Assembly: GCA_036525535.1 (NCBI GenBank)
Contig: DATDAH010000199.1
Span: forward strand, 582-64,581
Source of the DNA: Acidimicrobiales bacterium
GTDB taxonomy: Bacteria; Actinomycetota; Acidimicrobiia; Acidimicrobiales; DATDAH01
Reading direction: 5' to 3'
DNA: 64,000 bases
Shown: in pieces, positions 35,758 to 45,201 of the stretch
Layout of the letters: every line of letters begins with the position of its first letter
Position numbering within the stretch: the stretch's first letter is position 1
Program-made: the position numbers and the translations under genes
The notes under the pieces: model-generated
What the model saw: only the letters and a program-made list of their open reading frames with translations
Database searches by the model: none
What the model was told of the DNA's origin: nothing

Positions 35758-36803
35758 TGCAGGAGGCCGTCGTCCCAGCGGCTCTCGGCCTGGCCCGCCA
35801 GGCGAAGGTGCTCGAGGTGGGCGTAGGTCTCGGCCTCGGCCATGTGGCCCCAGGCCCGCTCGCTGAAGAGCTCCTTCGTCAAGACCTCCACGTTGGCCTC
35901 GCCGACGGCGTGGGAGATCTCGGTCAGCTTCGCCAGTCGCTCCTCGTGGTGGCCCTTGATCGCGCCCACCCGCTCCTGGAGGTTGGTGAACGGGTGGCCG
36001 TGGGCGGGCAGCGAGGTGCCGACGCCGTCGAGCGCGGCGACCTTGTCCAACGAGTGCACGAAGTCGGCCAGGGGGTCCGCGGTCACCGATCCGAGGCCGG
36101 AGATGTGGGGGGTGATGCTGGGCAGGACGTGGTCACCGGTCAGGAGGACGCCGTCGTCGGGGTCGAAAAGGCAGAGGTGGTCGGCGGTGTGGCCCGGTGT
36201 GTGCACGGCGACGAACTCGCGGGAGCCGAGGCGGATCGGCTCGCCGTCGGCCAGTCGCCGGTTGGGGCGGGGGGCCATGAAGTAGCGCCGGGCCATGCGC
36301 CGCTTGACCTTCCCGACGGGCCCGACACCGGGGAGCGGGGGCCGGGGCATCTCACCGCCCCACGGGTTGGTCATGTCGAAGCGGTCCCGGAGGCGGTCGA
36401 TGGCGGCGGCGTCGTTCGCCGCGCTGCGGTCGTCGGGGGACTCGACCAGGTCGGGCTCGAGGATGTCGAAGAAGGTGCGGAAGTCGGTGGCGGCCACCAT
36501 CTCAGCGTCGGCCTCGCGGCGCAGCTTCTCGGCGCTGCCGAAGTGGTCCGGGTGGGAGTGGGTGACCACGACGGTGTGGACATCGGACACCTTGGCCCCG
36601 GCCTGACGCAGGCGGTCCTTGATCGCCTTCCAGGTGGACGGCCCCGGGAGGCCGGGATCCATGGCGGTCCAGCCCTGATCGTCTTCCAGCAGGTACATGT
36701 TCACGTGGCCCAGCCCCGTGAAGTTGATCGGGATCTGGGCCCGCAGGATCCCGGGGGCGACCTCGGTCACCTCGGGCTGGGCCTCCTCCTGCTCCTGGCG
36801 CAT
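35742..36803 (-). CDS. MBL-fold metallo-hydrolase
   Basis: 'VVVTHSHPDHFGSA' HxHxDH motif and 'HTPGHTADHLCL'. Start ATG 36803. Confidence 0.85.
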   Translation of the reverse strand: MRQEQEEAQPEVTEVAPGILRAQIPINFTGLGHVNMYLLEDDQGWTAMDPGLPGPSTWKAIKDRLRQAGAKVSDVHTVVVTHSHPDHFGSAEKLRREADAEMVAATDFRTFFDILEPDLVESPDDRSAANDAAAIDRLRDRFDMTNPWGGEMPRPPLPGVGPVGKVKRRMARRYFMAPRPNRRLADGEPIRLGSREFVAVHTPGHTADHLCLFDPDDGVLLTGDHVLPSITPHISGLGSVTADPLADFVHSLDKVAALDGVGTSLPAHGHPFTNLQERVGAIKGHHEERLAKLTEISHAVGEANVEVLTKELFSERAWGHMAEAETYAHLEHLRLAGQAESRWDDGLLHYTVD

Positions 36804-36846
36804 CAACGGGCGACCGTACTTGACCGTGCGGTCAAGTACGCGCGGG

Positions 36847-37386
36847 TCACGAGGGAGAGCGGAAGACGGCCTCGCGGTAGTAGCGCAGCTCGGCGATGGA
36901 CTCCCGGATGTCGTCCAGGGCCCGGTGGGTCCCGTGCTTGCCCGGGGCCTTGGCCACCGACTCCGGGTACCAGCGCTTGGCCAACTCCTTGACCGAGGAG
37001 ACGTCGACGCTCCGGTAGTGCAGGTACTCCTCGATCTCGGGTAGCCAGCGGGCCAGGAAGCGCCGGTCGGTGCCGATCGAGTTGCCGCACAGGGGCACGG
37101 TGCGGGGCTCCGGGACGTGCTCCCGGATGAAGGCCAGCGTCTGGGCTCCGGCCTCGGCGAGGTCCACGGTCGAGGCCCGGATCTGGTCGAGCAGGCCACT
37201 GGAGGTGTGCATGGCGCGGACCACGTCGCCCATGCGGGTCAAAGCGTCCTCGTCGACGTGCACGACCAGGTCCGGCCCCTCGGCCACGATGGCCAGCTCG
37301 TCGTCGGTGACGATGGTGGCGATCTCGACGATGACGTCGCGGTCGTGGTCGAGACCGGTCATCTCGAGATCCATCCACACCAGCAT
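36847..37386 (-). CDS. orn: Oligoribonuclease
   Basis: 'LVWMDLEMTGLD', 'LCGNSIGTDRRFL' and 'HRALDDIRESIAEL' DEDDh exonuclease motifs. Confidence 0.92.
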   Translation of the reverse strand: MLVWMDLEMTGLDHDRDVIVEIATIVTDDELAIVAEGPDLVVHVDEDALTRMGDVVRAMHTSSGLLDQIRASTVDLAEAGAQTLAFIREHVPEPRTVPLCGNSIGTDRRFLARWLPEIEEYLHYRSVDVSSVKELAKRWYPESVAKAPGKHGTHRALDDIRESIAELRYYREAVFRSPS

Positions 37387-37421
37387 CGGAGGGACTGTAC
37401 GGGCGGCTTACGCTGCGCGCC

Positions 37422-37856
37422 GTGCTCGAGGTCCCGCTCGTCCGTCTCGACCCCGACCTCGCCGCTCCCGCGTACGCCCGGGAGGGTGACGCCGGGGCCG
37501 ACCTCGTCGCCCGCGACGACCACGACCTGGCGCCGGGCGGGGGCCGGGCCCGGGTGTCGACCGGGGTGTCCGTCGCCATCCCGGTGGGCTACGCCGGCTT
37601 CGTCCTCCCGCGCAGCGGCCTGGCCCTGCGCCACGGGGTCACCTGCCTGAACACCCCGGGCTTGATCGACGCCGGCTACCGGGGCGAGCTCCAGGTCCTC
37701 CTCGTCAACACGGACCCGAACGAAGCGTTCACCGTCCGCCGGGGCGAGCGCATCGCCCAGTTGGTGATCATGAAGGTCGAGCAGGCCGCCTTCGCTGTGG
37801 TCGACGCCCACGAGGCCACGCCCCGGGGCGCGGGCGGCTGGGGCTCGACCGGCTAA
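37422..37856 (+). CDS. dut: dUTP diphosphatase
   Basis: 'GDAGADL', 'PRSGLALRHG', 'GLIDAGYRGEL' and 'RGAGGWGSTG' motifs. Confidence 0.92.
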   Translation: MLEVPLVRLDPDLAAPAYAREGDAGADLVARDDHDLAPGGGRARVSTGVSVAIPVGYAGFVLPRSGLALRHGVTCLNTPGLIDAGYRGELQVLLVNTDPNEAFTVRRGERIAQLVIMKVEQAAFAVVDAHEATPRGAGGWGSTG

Positions 37857-38209
37857 ACGACGTGCTTCTTGGTGAGGCGGACCCGGCCGGCGGTGAGGTC
37901 GAGATCGGCGCGGTCGACCAGAGCGGTGACAAGGGTGTGGAAGCGGCTGACCGCCTCGGGCGGCCGGTCGGAGGCGCCGTCGACGACGATGGTGACCTCG
38001 CCGTCGTCGATGCGGTAGTGCAGGTCGACGGCGGCGTCGGGATCGTCGTCGTCGATCAGGGCGATGATCGCCTCGTCGATGGCCAGACGCAGGTCCTCCA
38101 CCTCGCGGTAGGTGAAACCGTGGCGCCGGGCGATGGCCGCGGTGGTCACCCGCGCGACCCGGCCGTAGCCGGTGCCGGCGGGGAGACGGAGCCGGACCGC
38201 GTCAGCCAT
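37853..38209 (-). CDS. Small anti-sigma regulatory factor-like protein (RsbW/HATPase-like fold, tentative)
   Basis: 118 aa, with 'VARVTTAAIARRHGFTYREVEDLRLAIDEAIIALI' resembling the N-terminal helix pair of RsbW-type kinases. No clear ATP-lid motifs. Confidence 0.4.
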   Translation of the reverse strand: MADAVRLRLPAGTGYGRVARVTTAAIARRHGFTYREVEDLRLAIDEAIIALIDDDDPDAAVDLHYRIDDGEVTIVVDGASDRPPEAVSRFHTLVTALVDRADLDLTAGRVRLTKKHVV

Positions 38210-38231
38210 CAGCCGCAGTGTCGCACGGGTG

Positions 38232-39167
38232 TCACGGCTCCCGGACGACGTCGGCGGGGTCCTTGTCCTCCCGCTCGTGCAGGTACGCGGGGTGGCGGAG
38301 GCGGCCGTCGACGGTCCACTCACCGAACTCGACCTGGACGACCAGGTCGGGGCGGACGAAGCGGGCCTGGCGCCGGGCCGGCGTGGGCAGCTCGTCGACG
38401 AAGGGCGACGTGTCGATGGCCCGATCGTCCAGCCGAGGCTGGAGGCGACGGAGCTCGGCCCCGGTGAAGCCGGTGCCGACACGGCCGGCGTAGCGCAGGC
38501 CCTCGCCGTCCCGGTAGCCCACGAGGAGGGCTCCCAGCGAGCCCGCCCGGTTGCCCTCGCCCGGCAGCCAACCGCCCACGACGAACTCCTGCGCCCGCCG
38601 GATCTTGACCTTGCGCCAGGCGGGGGAGCGCTTGCCCGACAGGTAGGGGCTGTCGACCCGCTTGGCGACCAGCCCCTCGAGCCCGTTGGCCCTGGCCTGC
38701 TCGAAGAGGACGGCGCCGTCCCCCACGAGGTGGGTGGGGACCAGCCAACCCTCGCCGTCCTCGACCAGGTCGGCCAGCAGGCGCCTTCGGTCGAGGTAGG
38801 CGAGGGCCGTGACATCGTTGCCGTCGAGCCACAGGAGGTCGAAGACGATGAACGTGACGGCGTCCTCGTGCCGCTGCAGGCGACCGAAGTCGGAGCGGCC
38901 GTTCTCATCGAGCACGACCACCTCGCCGTCGAGCACGGCGGGGCGCCCCACGGCGTCGGCCAGGCCGGCGAGCTCCGGGTACCGGGGGACCGCGTCGTGG
39001 CCCCTGGTCGTCTGCAGGCGCAGGGGAGTGGCCGCACCGGGGTCGACGTAGGCCAGCAGGCGCATGCCGTCCCACTTGATCTCGAAGGCCCATCCCCCGT
39101 CGTCCTCGGGCAGCAGGGTGCCGTTGACCGCCTTCATGGGCAGGAGGCCCGACGGGAAGGTCGTCAT
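38232..39167 (-). CDS. ATP-dependent DNA ligase (LigC / LigD ligase-domain type)
   Basis: Motif I 'EIKWDGMR', 'LDGEVVV', 'FIVFDLLWLDG', 'EGLVAKR' and 'WRKVK'. ATGA overlap with the ROK gene stop. Confidence 0.88.
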   Translation of the reverse strand: MTTFPSGLLPMKAVNGTLLPEDDGGWAFEIKWDGMRLLAYVDPGAATPLRLQTTRGHDAVPRYPELAGLADAVGRPAVLDGEVVVLDENGRSDFGRLQRHEDAVTFIVFDLLWLDGNDVTALAYLDRRRLLADLVEDGEGWLVPTHLVGDGAVLFEQARANGLEGLVAKRVDSPYLSGKRSPAWRKVKIRRAQEFVVGGWLPGEGNRAGSLGALLVGYRDGEGLRYAGRVGTGFTGAELRRLQPRLDDRAIDTSPFVDELPTPARRQARFVRPDLVVQVEFGEWTVDGRLRHPAYLHEREDKDPADVVREP

Positions 39168-40045
39168 CCCGGGATGCGGCCGAGGGCCCGCCAGCCCACG
39201 GCGGCGGCGCCGAGCAGGGGACCGTCGGCGCCCAACCCACCCGGGCGGATGACGGTGTTCCGGCTGAACTCGAGCCGGCACCGGTCGTCGATCTCGGCCT
39301 GCGCCGCGCCGAAGAAGTCCTCGCCGTAGCCCAGGGCGACCGAGCCGGCCACGACCACGAGCGGCAGGTCGAGGAGGTTGGCCACCGAGGCCACGGCCCG
39401 GCCCACCAGCCGGCCGGTGCGCCGGCGCACGGTGAGATCGGCTTCGGCGGGGGGGCGGCCGGTCGCCCGGGCGATGGCCGTGCCGGACGCCTCCGCCTCG
39501 AGGCAGCCCCGGGCCCCGCAGCCGCACAGGGCGCCGTCGGGCTCGACCATGACGTGGCCGATGTGGCCGGCGTTGCCGTCGGCTCCGTCGAGGAGGCGGC
39601 CGTCCAGTACGACCCCGCCCCCTACGCCGGTCGACACCACCATGGCCAGGTAGTCCCGGGCTCCGGCGGCGGCACCCAGCCAGCCCTCCCCGAGGGCGAG
39701 GGCCTTCGCGTCGCCGTCGATGGTGGTGGCCAGGCCGGTGTGGGCCCGCAACCGGTCGAGGAGCGGGAAGTCCCGCCAGGCCTCGATGTTCAGCGGGGAG
39801 ACGCTGGCGCCACCACCGGTCATCGGCCCGCCGGAGCCGACGCCACAAGCGACGAGGGCGTCGGTCGGCTGGGCGCCGGCCACCACCTCGTCGATCAGGC
39901 CGGCCAGAGTGGCGAACAGTGCGTCACCGTGGGTCTCGTCGCCGGTGGGTCGGGTGGCGCGGGCCGCGACGGTCCCGTACTCGTCGACCAGCCCACAGGC
40001 CAGCTTCGTTCCGCCGATGTCGATGGCCAGCACCCGGTCGCCCAC
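39164..40045 (-). CDS. ROK family sugar kinase (glucokinase-like)
   Basis: 'LAIDIGGTKLACGLVD', 'GVGGGVVLDGRL', and the zinc motif 'GHIGHVMVEPDGALCGCGARGCLE'. Confidence 0.88.
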   Translation of the reverse strand: MGDRVLAIDIGGTKLACGLVDEYGTVAARATRPTGDETHGDALFATLAGLIDEVVAGAQPTDALVACGVGSGGPMTGGGASVSPLNIEAWRDFPLLDRLRAHTGLATTIDGDAKALALGEGWLGAAAGARDYLAMVVSTGVGGGVVLDGRLLDGADGNAGHIGHVMVEPDGALCGCGARGCLEAEASGTAIARATGRPPAEADLTVRRRTGRLVGRAVASVANLLDLPLVVVAGSVALGYGEDFFGAAQAEIDDRCRLEFSRNTVIRPGGLGADGPLLGAAAVGWRALGRIPG

Positions 40046-40071
40046 GGCTCAAGTGTGGGCGATTTCGGCCG

Positions 40072-40947
40072 CTAGCGGTCCGATCCGGCCTCCACCGCCG
40101 CCAGAGCGGCGATGGCGACCTCGATCTGCTCGTCGTCCGGGGGCCGGGTGGTCATGGCCTGCAGGGCCAGCCCGGGGGCGGTGAGGACGGCGACGACCTT
40201 GCTGTCGGGCCGGCGCTTGGCCAGCTTCAGCACCTCGTAGGCCAGGCCGGCGACCAGGGGCAGACCGAGCAGACGGGACGCGATCAGGACCGGCCACGAG
40301 GCGTCCCCGACGAAGCTGAACACCACGATGGCCACGACGACCACGAGAAGCAGGAAGTCCGTTCCGCAGCGGGCGTGACGGACGCTGAACGGGCGGACGC
40401 CCTCGACGGTCAGGTCGGCGCCGTGCTCGTGGGCCGAGATGACCATGTGCTCGGCGCCGTGATAGGCGAAGGTGCGGGCGATGCCGGGCGAGCGACCGAT
40501 GAGCAGGAGGTAGCCGCCGAACAAGGCGAGCCGCAGCGCGGCCTCGACCGTGGTGAAGACGGCGCCCTCGAAGCCCAGGGCCCGGGACATGGCCGCGGGG
40601 ACCACGGCGAAGATGGTGGCGAAGATCAGCAGGGCGGTGGCCGTGGTGATGGCCAGCGAGCGGTTGGTGATCTCGGCGTCCTCGTCCGGGTCGGCCACCT
40701 GTGCCGACCACTTCAGGGCCCGGAGCCCGACCATGATCGTCTCGACCATGGCCACGGCCCCCCGGACGATCGGCACGTTGTCGGTGCGCCGGGCCCAGGT
40801 GGGTACCGCGGCGCCCGTGGTGACGATCTCACCGTCGGGGCGACGAGCCGCGGCCCCCCAGCGCGTGCCGGCCCGCATCATCACCCCTTCGATCAGGGCC
40901 TGACCGCCCACGCTGAGCTCGATCGACTGGTCCGCTCCGGGCATCAT
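40072..40947 (-). CDS. DUF1385 domain-containing membrane protein
   Basis: 'VGGQALIEGVMMR', 'YHGAEHMVI' and 'RCGTDFLL' motifs typical of DUF1385/YqhQ. Confidence 0.75.
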   Translation of the reverse strand: MMPGADQSIELSVGGQALIEGVMMRAGTRWGAAARRPDGEIVTTGAAVPTWARRTDNVPIVRGAVAMVETIMVGLRALKWSAQVADPDEDAEITNRSLAITTATALLIFATIFAVVPAAMSRALGFEGAVFTTVEAALRLALFGGYLLLIGRSPGIARTFAYHGAEHMVISAHEHGADLTVEGVRPFSVRHARCGTDFLLLVVVVAIVVFSFVGDASWPVLIASRLLGLPLVAGLAYEVLKLAKRRPDSKVVAVLTAPGLALQAMTTRPPDDEQIEVAIAALAAVEAGSDR

Positions 40948-41001
40948 CCCCCCGTCGGCGGGGAGGGGGCCGGCCTTGAGGGGCCCGGTAGGTTCCCGCC
41001 C

Positions 41002-41451
41002 GTGAACCGTCGCTCCCGGTCCCGCGTGGTGGCGGTCCTGCTGGCGGGGACGCTGGTCCTGACCCTGGTCGGCGGCCTGCTGTCGGCCACGGGCAACCAG
41101 ACACCCACGGGCGACGACGCGACAACACCGAGCACCGTGTCCGCCCCCCCGGTCACCCAGGCCAGCGACCTGCCGCCGATCGCGTACAGCGAGCTGCCGA
41201 CAGAGGGCCAGAACACCCTGCAGCTGATCGGGGCAGGCGGGCCCTACCCGTATGACCGGGACGGGGTGGTCTTCGAGAACCGCGAAGGCCTGCTCCCGGA
41301 AGAGCCCCAGGGCTATTACCAGGAGTACACCGTGCCCACGCCTGGTGAGAGTGGCCGAGGTGCTCGTCGTATCATCGTGGGGGGTGACCGGGTGGTGGCG
41401 TACTACACCGACGACCACTACGAGAGCTTCCGCGAAGTCGTCAGTGGCTGA
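41002..41451 (+). CDS. Secreted guanyl-specific ribonuclease (RNase Sa / barnase family)
   Basis: N-terminal TM/signal, then 'GGPYPYDRDGVVFENREGLLP...YYQEYTVPTPGESGRGARRII...YYTDDHYESF', very close to RNase Sa. Confidence 0.88.
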   Translation: MNRRSRSRVVAVLLAGTLVLTLVGGLLSATGNQTPTGDDATTPSTVSAPPVTQASDLPPIAYSELPTEGQNTLQLIGAGGPYPYDRDGVVFENREGLLPEEPQGYYQEYTVPTPGESGRGARRIIVGGDRVVAYYTDDHYESFREVVSG

Positions 41452-41848
41452 CCTGCACGAGGTGTTCAGCGGTGCGGTGGAGCCGGGCCTGCATCCCCTC
41501 GAGCAGACCGTGACGGCCGAGGAGCTGGCCGAGATGGCCGCCGGCCACGGCTGGACCCCGATCGTGGTCGACCTGGCCGGCGTCGCCGATAAGGCCGGCC
41601 TGCTGGACCGGGTGGCCGAGGGCGCCCGGTTCCCCGAGTACGCCGGCCGCAACTGGGACGCCCTGCAGGACGCCCTGGGCGATCTCGCCTGGCTGGGCCC
41701 GACCGACGGCTACCTCGTGGTGCTCGACGGCTGGACCGGGTTCGCCGGCGCGGCCCCGGGGGACGCGGCGGTGCTGGAGTCGGTGGTGACGCGGGCGGGA
41801 ACCGAATGGTCGTCGCGGGGCACGCCGTTGGTGGCCGTCACGCTCTAG
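41444..41848 (+). CDS. Barstar-family ribonuclease inhibitor
   Basis: 'FPEYAGRNWDALQDAL' matches the barstar core 'LPEYYGENLDALWDCL'. GTG 41444 overlaps the RNase stop (GTGGCTGA). Confidence 0.8.
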   Translation: MADLHEVFSGAVEPGLHPLEQTVTAEELAEMAAGHGWTPIVVDLAGVADKAGLLDRVAEGARFPEYAGRNWDALQDALGDLAWLGPTDGYLVVLDGWTGFAGAAPGDAAVLESVVTRAGTEWSSRGTPLVAVTL

Positions 41849-41872
41849 GGGTGGCGGACCTACGCTCGGAGG

Positions 41873-41947
41873 GCCCCCGTAGCCCAGCCTGGTCAGGGCA
41901 ACGGACTTTTAATCCGGAGATCGTGGGTTCGAATCCCACCGGGGGCA
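41873..41947 (+). tRNA. tRNA-Lys (anticodon UUU)
   Basis: Acceptor GCCCCCG/CGGGGGC, D-stem GCCC/GGGC, anticodon loop CTTTTAA, T-arm GTGGG-TTCGAAT-CCCAC, discriminator A. CCA is not encoded. Confidence 0.9.
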
Positions 41948-41954
41948 CGCAGGC

Positions 41955-42647
41955 TCAGCAGGGGACCACGGGCTCGAGGGCGTCGGGGTCGGCCAGGACG
42001 TCCTCCAGGCGGTCGCGGGGGATGGCGAGGGAGTTCAGGGTGGCCGTCTCGTAGGCGAAGACGACGCCGACGACCTCGCCGTCGGCGTTCAGCAGGGGAC
42101 CACCGGAGTTGCCGGGCCGGACGCTCGCGCTCATCCGCATGACCCGGGCGGGCTCTTCGAAGCGGCGCCCGCGGGGTCGGTCGAGGAACTGGCCCTGGGT
42201 GCTGACCGCCGGGCCCGCCATGGCGTAGCCCAGGGCCGTGAGCCGGGCCCCGACGGGTGTCGGTTCGGCGGCCAGGGCCAGCGGCTCGAGCCGGCGGGCG
42301 CTGCGGGCGGGCAGGTCGATGACGCCGAGGTCGGTGTCCACGGCCTGATGGGCGTCGCCCACGGCCACCCGCCGGCCGTCCCACGTCTCCACCTGCAGCC
42401 GGCTGGCGCCGGCGACGACATGCCGGTTGGTGACGAGATGCCGGCCGTCGACGACGAAACCCGAGCCGATGGCCACGCCGCAGGCCCCGACCGCGCGGAT
42501 GCGCAGCACCGACTCCCGCGCGATCGTGACCGGGTCGTCGCCCTCGGTGGCGCCGGCGATGTCCTCGGGCGGCCCCGGGACACAGGCCGTGGTCAGCGCA
42601 GCCAGGACGGCGAGCGCGCCGACCGTGGCCCGGAGCCGGTGGGTCAC
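41955..42647 (-). CDS. Trypsin-like serine protease lipoprotein (S1 family)
   Basis: Lipobox 'LAALTTACVP', plus 'GSGFVVDGRHLVTNRHVV' and 'RPGNSGGPLLN'. Confidence 0.85.
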   Translation of the reverse strand: MTHRLRATVGALAVLAALTTACVPGPPEDIAGATEGDDPVTIARESVLRIRAVGACGVAIGSGFVVDGRHLVTNRHVVAGASRLQVETWDGRRVAVGDAHQAVDTDLGVIDLPARSARRLEPLALAAEPTPVGARLTALGYAMAGPAVSTQGQFLDRPRGRRFEEPARVMRMSASVRPGNSGGPLLNADGEVVGVVFAYETATLNSLAIPRDRLEDVLADPDALEPVVPC

Positions 42648-43411
42648 GAGCCGGCGACCTCGTCCAGCACCCGGATGAGCGTCTCGCCGTTGAGCGAGGC
42701 CTCCTCACAGCTCCGGTTGGCCTGTTCGATGGGGATGCTCGGGTCGTCGCCCAGCTGCAGGGCGATCATGACGTGGTTGAGATCGAGGGCGCAGGCCCGC
42801 ACCTGGTCGACGGTGGTGACGGCGGCGTCCCGCAGTTCGGCGAAGGACTGCTGGCCGTCCCGGGCCTGGGCACCGCGACTGGCCGACTGGCTCAGGGCCT
42901 CCTCGAGGGCATCGGTGTTCGAGGCGCGGGTGACCAACTCCTCCTGCAGCGCCTCACCCCGGTCGCGCCACTCGCTGGCCGTGCGGTGGTTCTGCAGGCC
43001 CCACAGGAACGAGGCCGTGGCGGCGAGGATCCCGACGATGCCGAGGGCGAGGACCCCCCGCCCGTGGGCCTCCCGCTGGGCCGCGCCGGTGGATGCCCGC
43101 TCGGCCGGCGGTCGGCGCCCGACCCCGGTGTGGCCGAGGGGGACCGGCGGCTCCGGGTGGGCCTGGGTCTCGCTCTCCGCCGGGGCCGCCGAGCTGTGGG
43201 CCTCGATGGCGCCCCGGGCGACGCCCGTCGTCAGTTCGGGCACCACCGGCTGGGACCGGACCGGCGGATCCGAGGCCTCTTGGTCGCCGTCGGCCACCCG
43301 GTCGGTCCAGTGCTCGCCGTCCCACCAGCGTCGTTCGTGGCGCTCGGAGGGATCGCGGTACCAGGCGGCAGGTAGCGCGCCCGTCGGCGACGTCGTCTCG
43401 GTGCTGCTCAC
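42644..43411 (-). CDS. DUF2510 domain-containing membrane protein
   Basis: N-terminal 'PAAWYRDPSERHERRWWDGEHWTD', a central TM 'VLALGIVGILAATASFLW' and a C-terminal helical domain. Confidence 0.7.
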   Translation of the reverse strand: MSSTETTSPTGALPAAWYRDPSERHERRWWDGEHWTDRVADGDQEASDPPVRSQPVVPELTTGVARGAIEAHSSAAPAESETQAHPEPPVPLGHTGVGRRPPAERASTGAAQREAHGRGVLALGIVGILAATASFLWGLQNHRTASEWRDRGEALQEELVTRASNTDALEEALSQSASRGAQARDGQQSFAELRDAAVTTVDQVRACALDLNHVMIALQLGDDPSIPIEQANRSCEEASLNGETLIRVLDEVAGS

Positions 43412-43477
43412 GGTCCGCTCCTGGTCCGCCGGTCGTTGCCATCTCTGATCGGCCAGAGGAGGGCGGGTGCTGAGCCG

Positions 43478-44290
43478 TCAGGCGTTGGCGCGGAGGTCGC
43501 GGATCAGGACCTCCTGCGTGACGGTGGCCACGTGGACGCCGTCGGTGGTGAGGACCCGACCGTAGGACATGCCCCGGCCGCCCCGGATGCCCTCGGAGGC
43601 CATGTCGTAGAGGTGCCAGGCGTCGCCCTGCACCGGGCGGTGGAACCAGATGGCGTGGTCGAGGCTGGCGGTCATGAAGCGCCCGAAGTCCTCCTCACGG
43701 CCCGACCACCTCGGGTGGTGGGTGAGGGCGGCCTCCATGGGGGCGTCGTCGGAGGCGAAGGCCAGAGCGCACTGGTGCAGGATCGGGTCCTCCCCCAAGG
43801 GGCCCCGCACCCGCAGCCAGGTCCGGGCGACCCCCGGGTCCGGGCGCTGGCCCCACTGCCGCTCGATGAGCGGGCCCCACGAGTCGTCCTCCCGCGCCGC
43901 TCGGGGCAGGTCCACGTCCGGCAGGCCGCCGACCTGGACGTCGGCCTCGTCCTCGTCGACCTGGAACGAGCACGACAGGTCGAGGATGGCCCCACCCGCC
44001 TGCCGGGCCACGACCTCCCGGGTGACGAAGCTGCGCCCGTTGCGGAGACGGTCCACCTCGAACCGGATGGGCTCGTCGGCGTCACCGGGGCGGATGAAGT
44101 AGGCGTGCAGGGAATGGGCCCGGTAGGGGCCGTCGACGGTCGATGCCGCCGCTCGCAGGGCCTGGGCCACGACCTGGCCGCCGTACACGCGCTTGCCCCA
44201 GGGGTACTCCGGGCCGGTCCCGACGAAGGTGTCCGGGCCGTGGGGCTCCAGGGTCAACAGGCTGGTGATGTCGGGGTGGTCGTAGGCCAT
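43478..44290 (-). CDS. tesB: Acyl-CoA thioesterase II
   Basis: 'RVYGGQVVAQAL', 'HSLHAYFIRPGD' and 'NGRSF' double-hotdog TesB motifs. Confidence 0.88.
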   Translation of the reverse strand: MAYDHPDITSLLTLEPHGPDTFVGTGPEYPWGKRVYGGQVVAQALRAAASTVDGPYRAHSLHAYFIRPGDADEPIRFEVDRLRNGRSFVTREVVARQAGGAILDLSCSFQVDEDEADVQVGGLPDVDLPRAAREDDSWGPLIERQWGQRPDPGVARTWLRVRGPLGEDPILHQCALAFASDDAPMEAALTHHPRWSGREEDFGRFMTASLDHAIWFHRPVQGDAWHLYDMASEGIRGGRGMSYGRVLTTDGVHVATVTQEVLIRDLRANA

Positions 44291-44302
44291 CGCGTCAGCT
44301 CC

Positions 44303-44917
44303 TCACTCGACTCCGGGGACCGTGAACTCGTCGGGGTCGACGAGCACGACCCGGTCACCGAGGCACCAGGCGTCGCCGTCGTCGGACACGACCCAGCGCC
44401 CGCCGAGGTTCGGCAGGGGCTCGAAGTCGACGCCGAGCACCGCCTCCGTCTGGTAGACGACGCCGGCGTGGGCGACGACGAGGACGTCGCCGACGGGGAC
44501 GGCCTCCCGCACCCGGTCGAGGGCGGCGAAGATCCGGGCCTGGAAGTCGTCGTCGGGCTCGAAGGCAGGCGGGCGGCGGCGGTCCTGGAGGTACCCGGGC
44601 CAACCCTCGGCGATCTCCGCCTTGGTCAGGCCCTGCCACTCGCCGGCGTCGCGCTCCCGGAAGCCCTCGTCGACCAGAACGGGCCCGATGCCGATGAGCT
44701 CGGCGATGATGGCCGCCGTGGTCAGGGACCGCTCGAGGTCGCTGGCCACCACGGCGTCGACGGCGCCGACGTGCTGGGCGGCGTGGGCCGCCTGGTGGAG
44801 GCCGAGCTCGGTCAGGGGTGGGTCGGCCTGACCCTGCCACCGGCCCACGGCGTTCCACTCCGACTGGCCGTGGCGGACGACGAGGACTCGGAGCACGGTC
44901 GGGGACCGTAGGCGCAC
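44303..44917 (-). CDS. Histidine phosphatase family protein (phosphoglycerate mutase-like)
   Basis: 'VVRHGQSEWNAVGRWQG' RHG motif and 'VVAHAGV'. Start is GTG 44917 or GTG 44896. Confidence 0.85.
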   Translation of the reverse strand: MRLRSPTVLRVLVVRHGQSEWNAVGRWQGQADPPLTELGLHQAAHAAQHVGAVDAVVASDLERSLTTAAIIAELIGIGPVLVDEGFRERDAGEWQGLTKAEIAEGWPGYLQDRRRPPAFEPDDDFQARIFAALDRVREAVPVGDVLVVAHAGVVYQTEAVLGVDFEPLPNLGGRWVVSDDGDAWCLGDRVVLVDPDEFTVPGVE

Positions 44918-44964
44918 GGCGGCTTAACTCCTTGGTCGAGCGGCCGGTTGCGTACCCTGCCTGG

Positions 44965-45201
44965 ATGGCCCAGGTGCGACTTTTCGCGTCCATGCGGGAG
45001 TCGGCGGGCCGTTCCCACGACGAGCTGCCGGGCACGACGGTGGCCGCCGTCCTCGACGCGGCGGTGGAGCGCTACGGCGCCGACTTCGCCGCCCGGCTCC
45101 AACAGTGCCGCGTGTGGGTCAACGGGGAGCCGGTTAGCCCGGACAGCCCTGTCGGCGACGAGGACGAGGTGGCCGTGCTGCCTCCGGTGTCCGGTGGCTG
45201 A
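44965..45201 (+). CDS. MoaD/ThiS-family ubiquitin-like sulfur carrier
   Basis: 78 aa ending '...VAVLPPVSGG' with a C-terminal Gly-Gly. Start ATG 44965. Confidence 0.75.
   Translation: MAQVRLFASMRESAGRSHDELPGTTVAAVLDAAVERYGADFAARLQQCRVWVNGEPVSPDSPVGDEDEVAVLPPVSGG

Noticed and set aside
41849-43411. Integrated mobile element at tRNA-Lys
   Set aside because: There is no integrase, recombinase or phage gene nearby, no direct repeat of the tRNA 3' end noticed elsewhere in the window, and no compositional shift.
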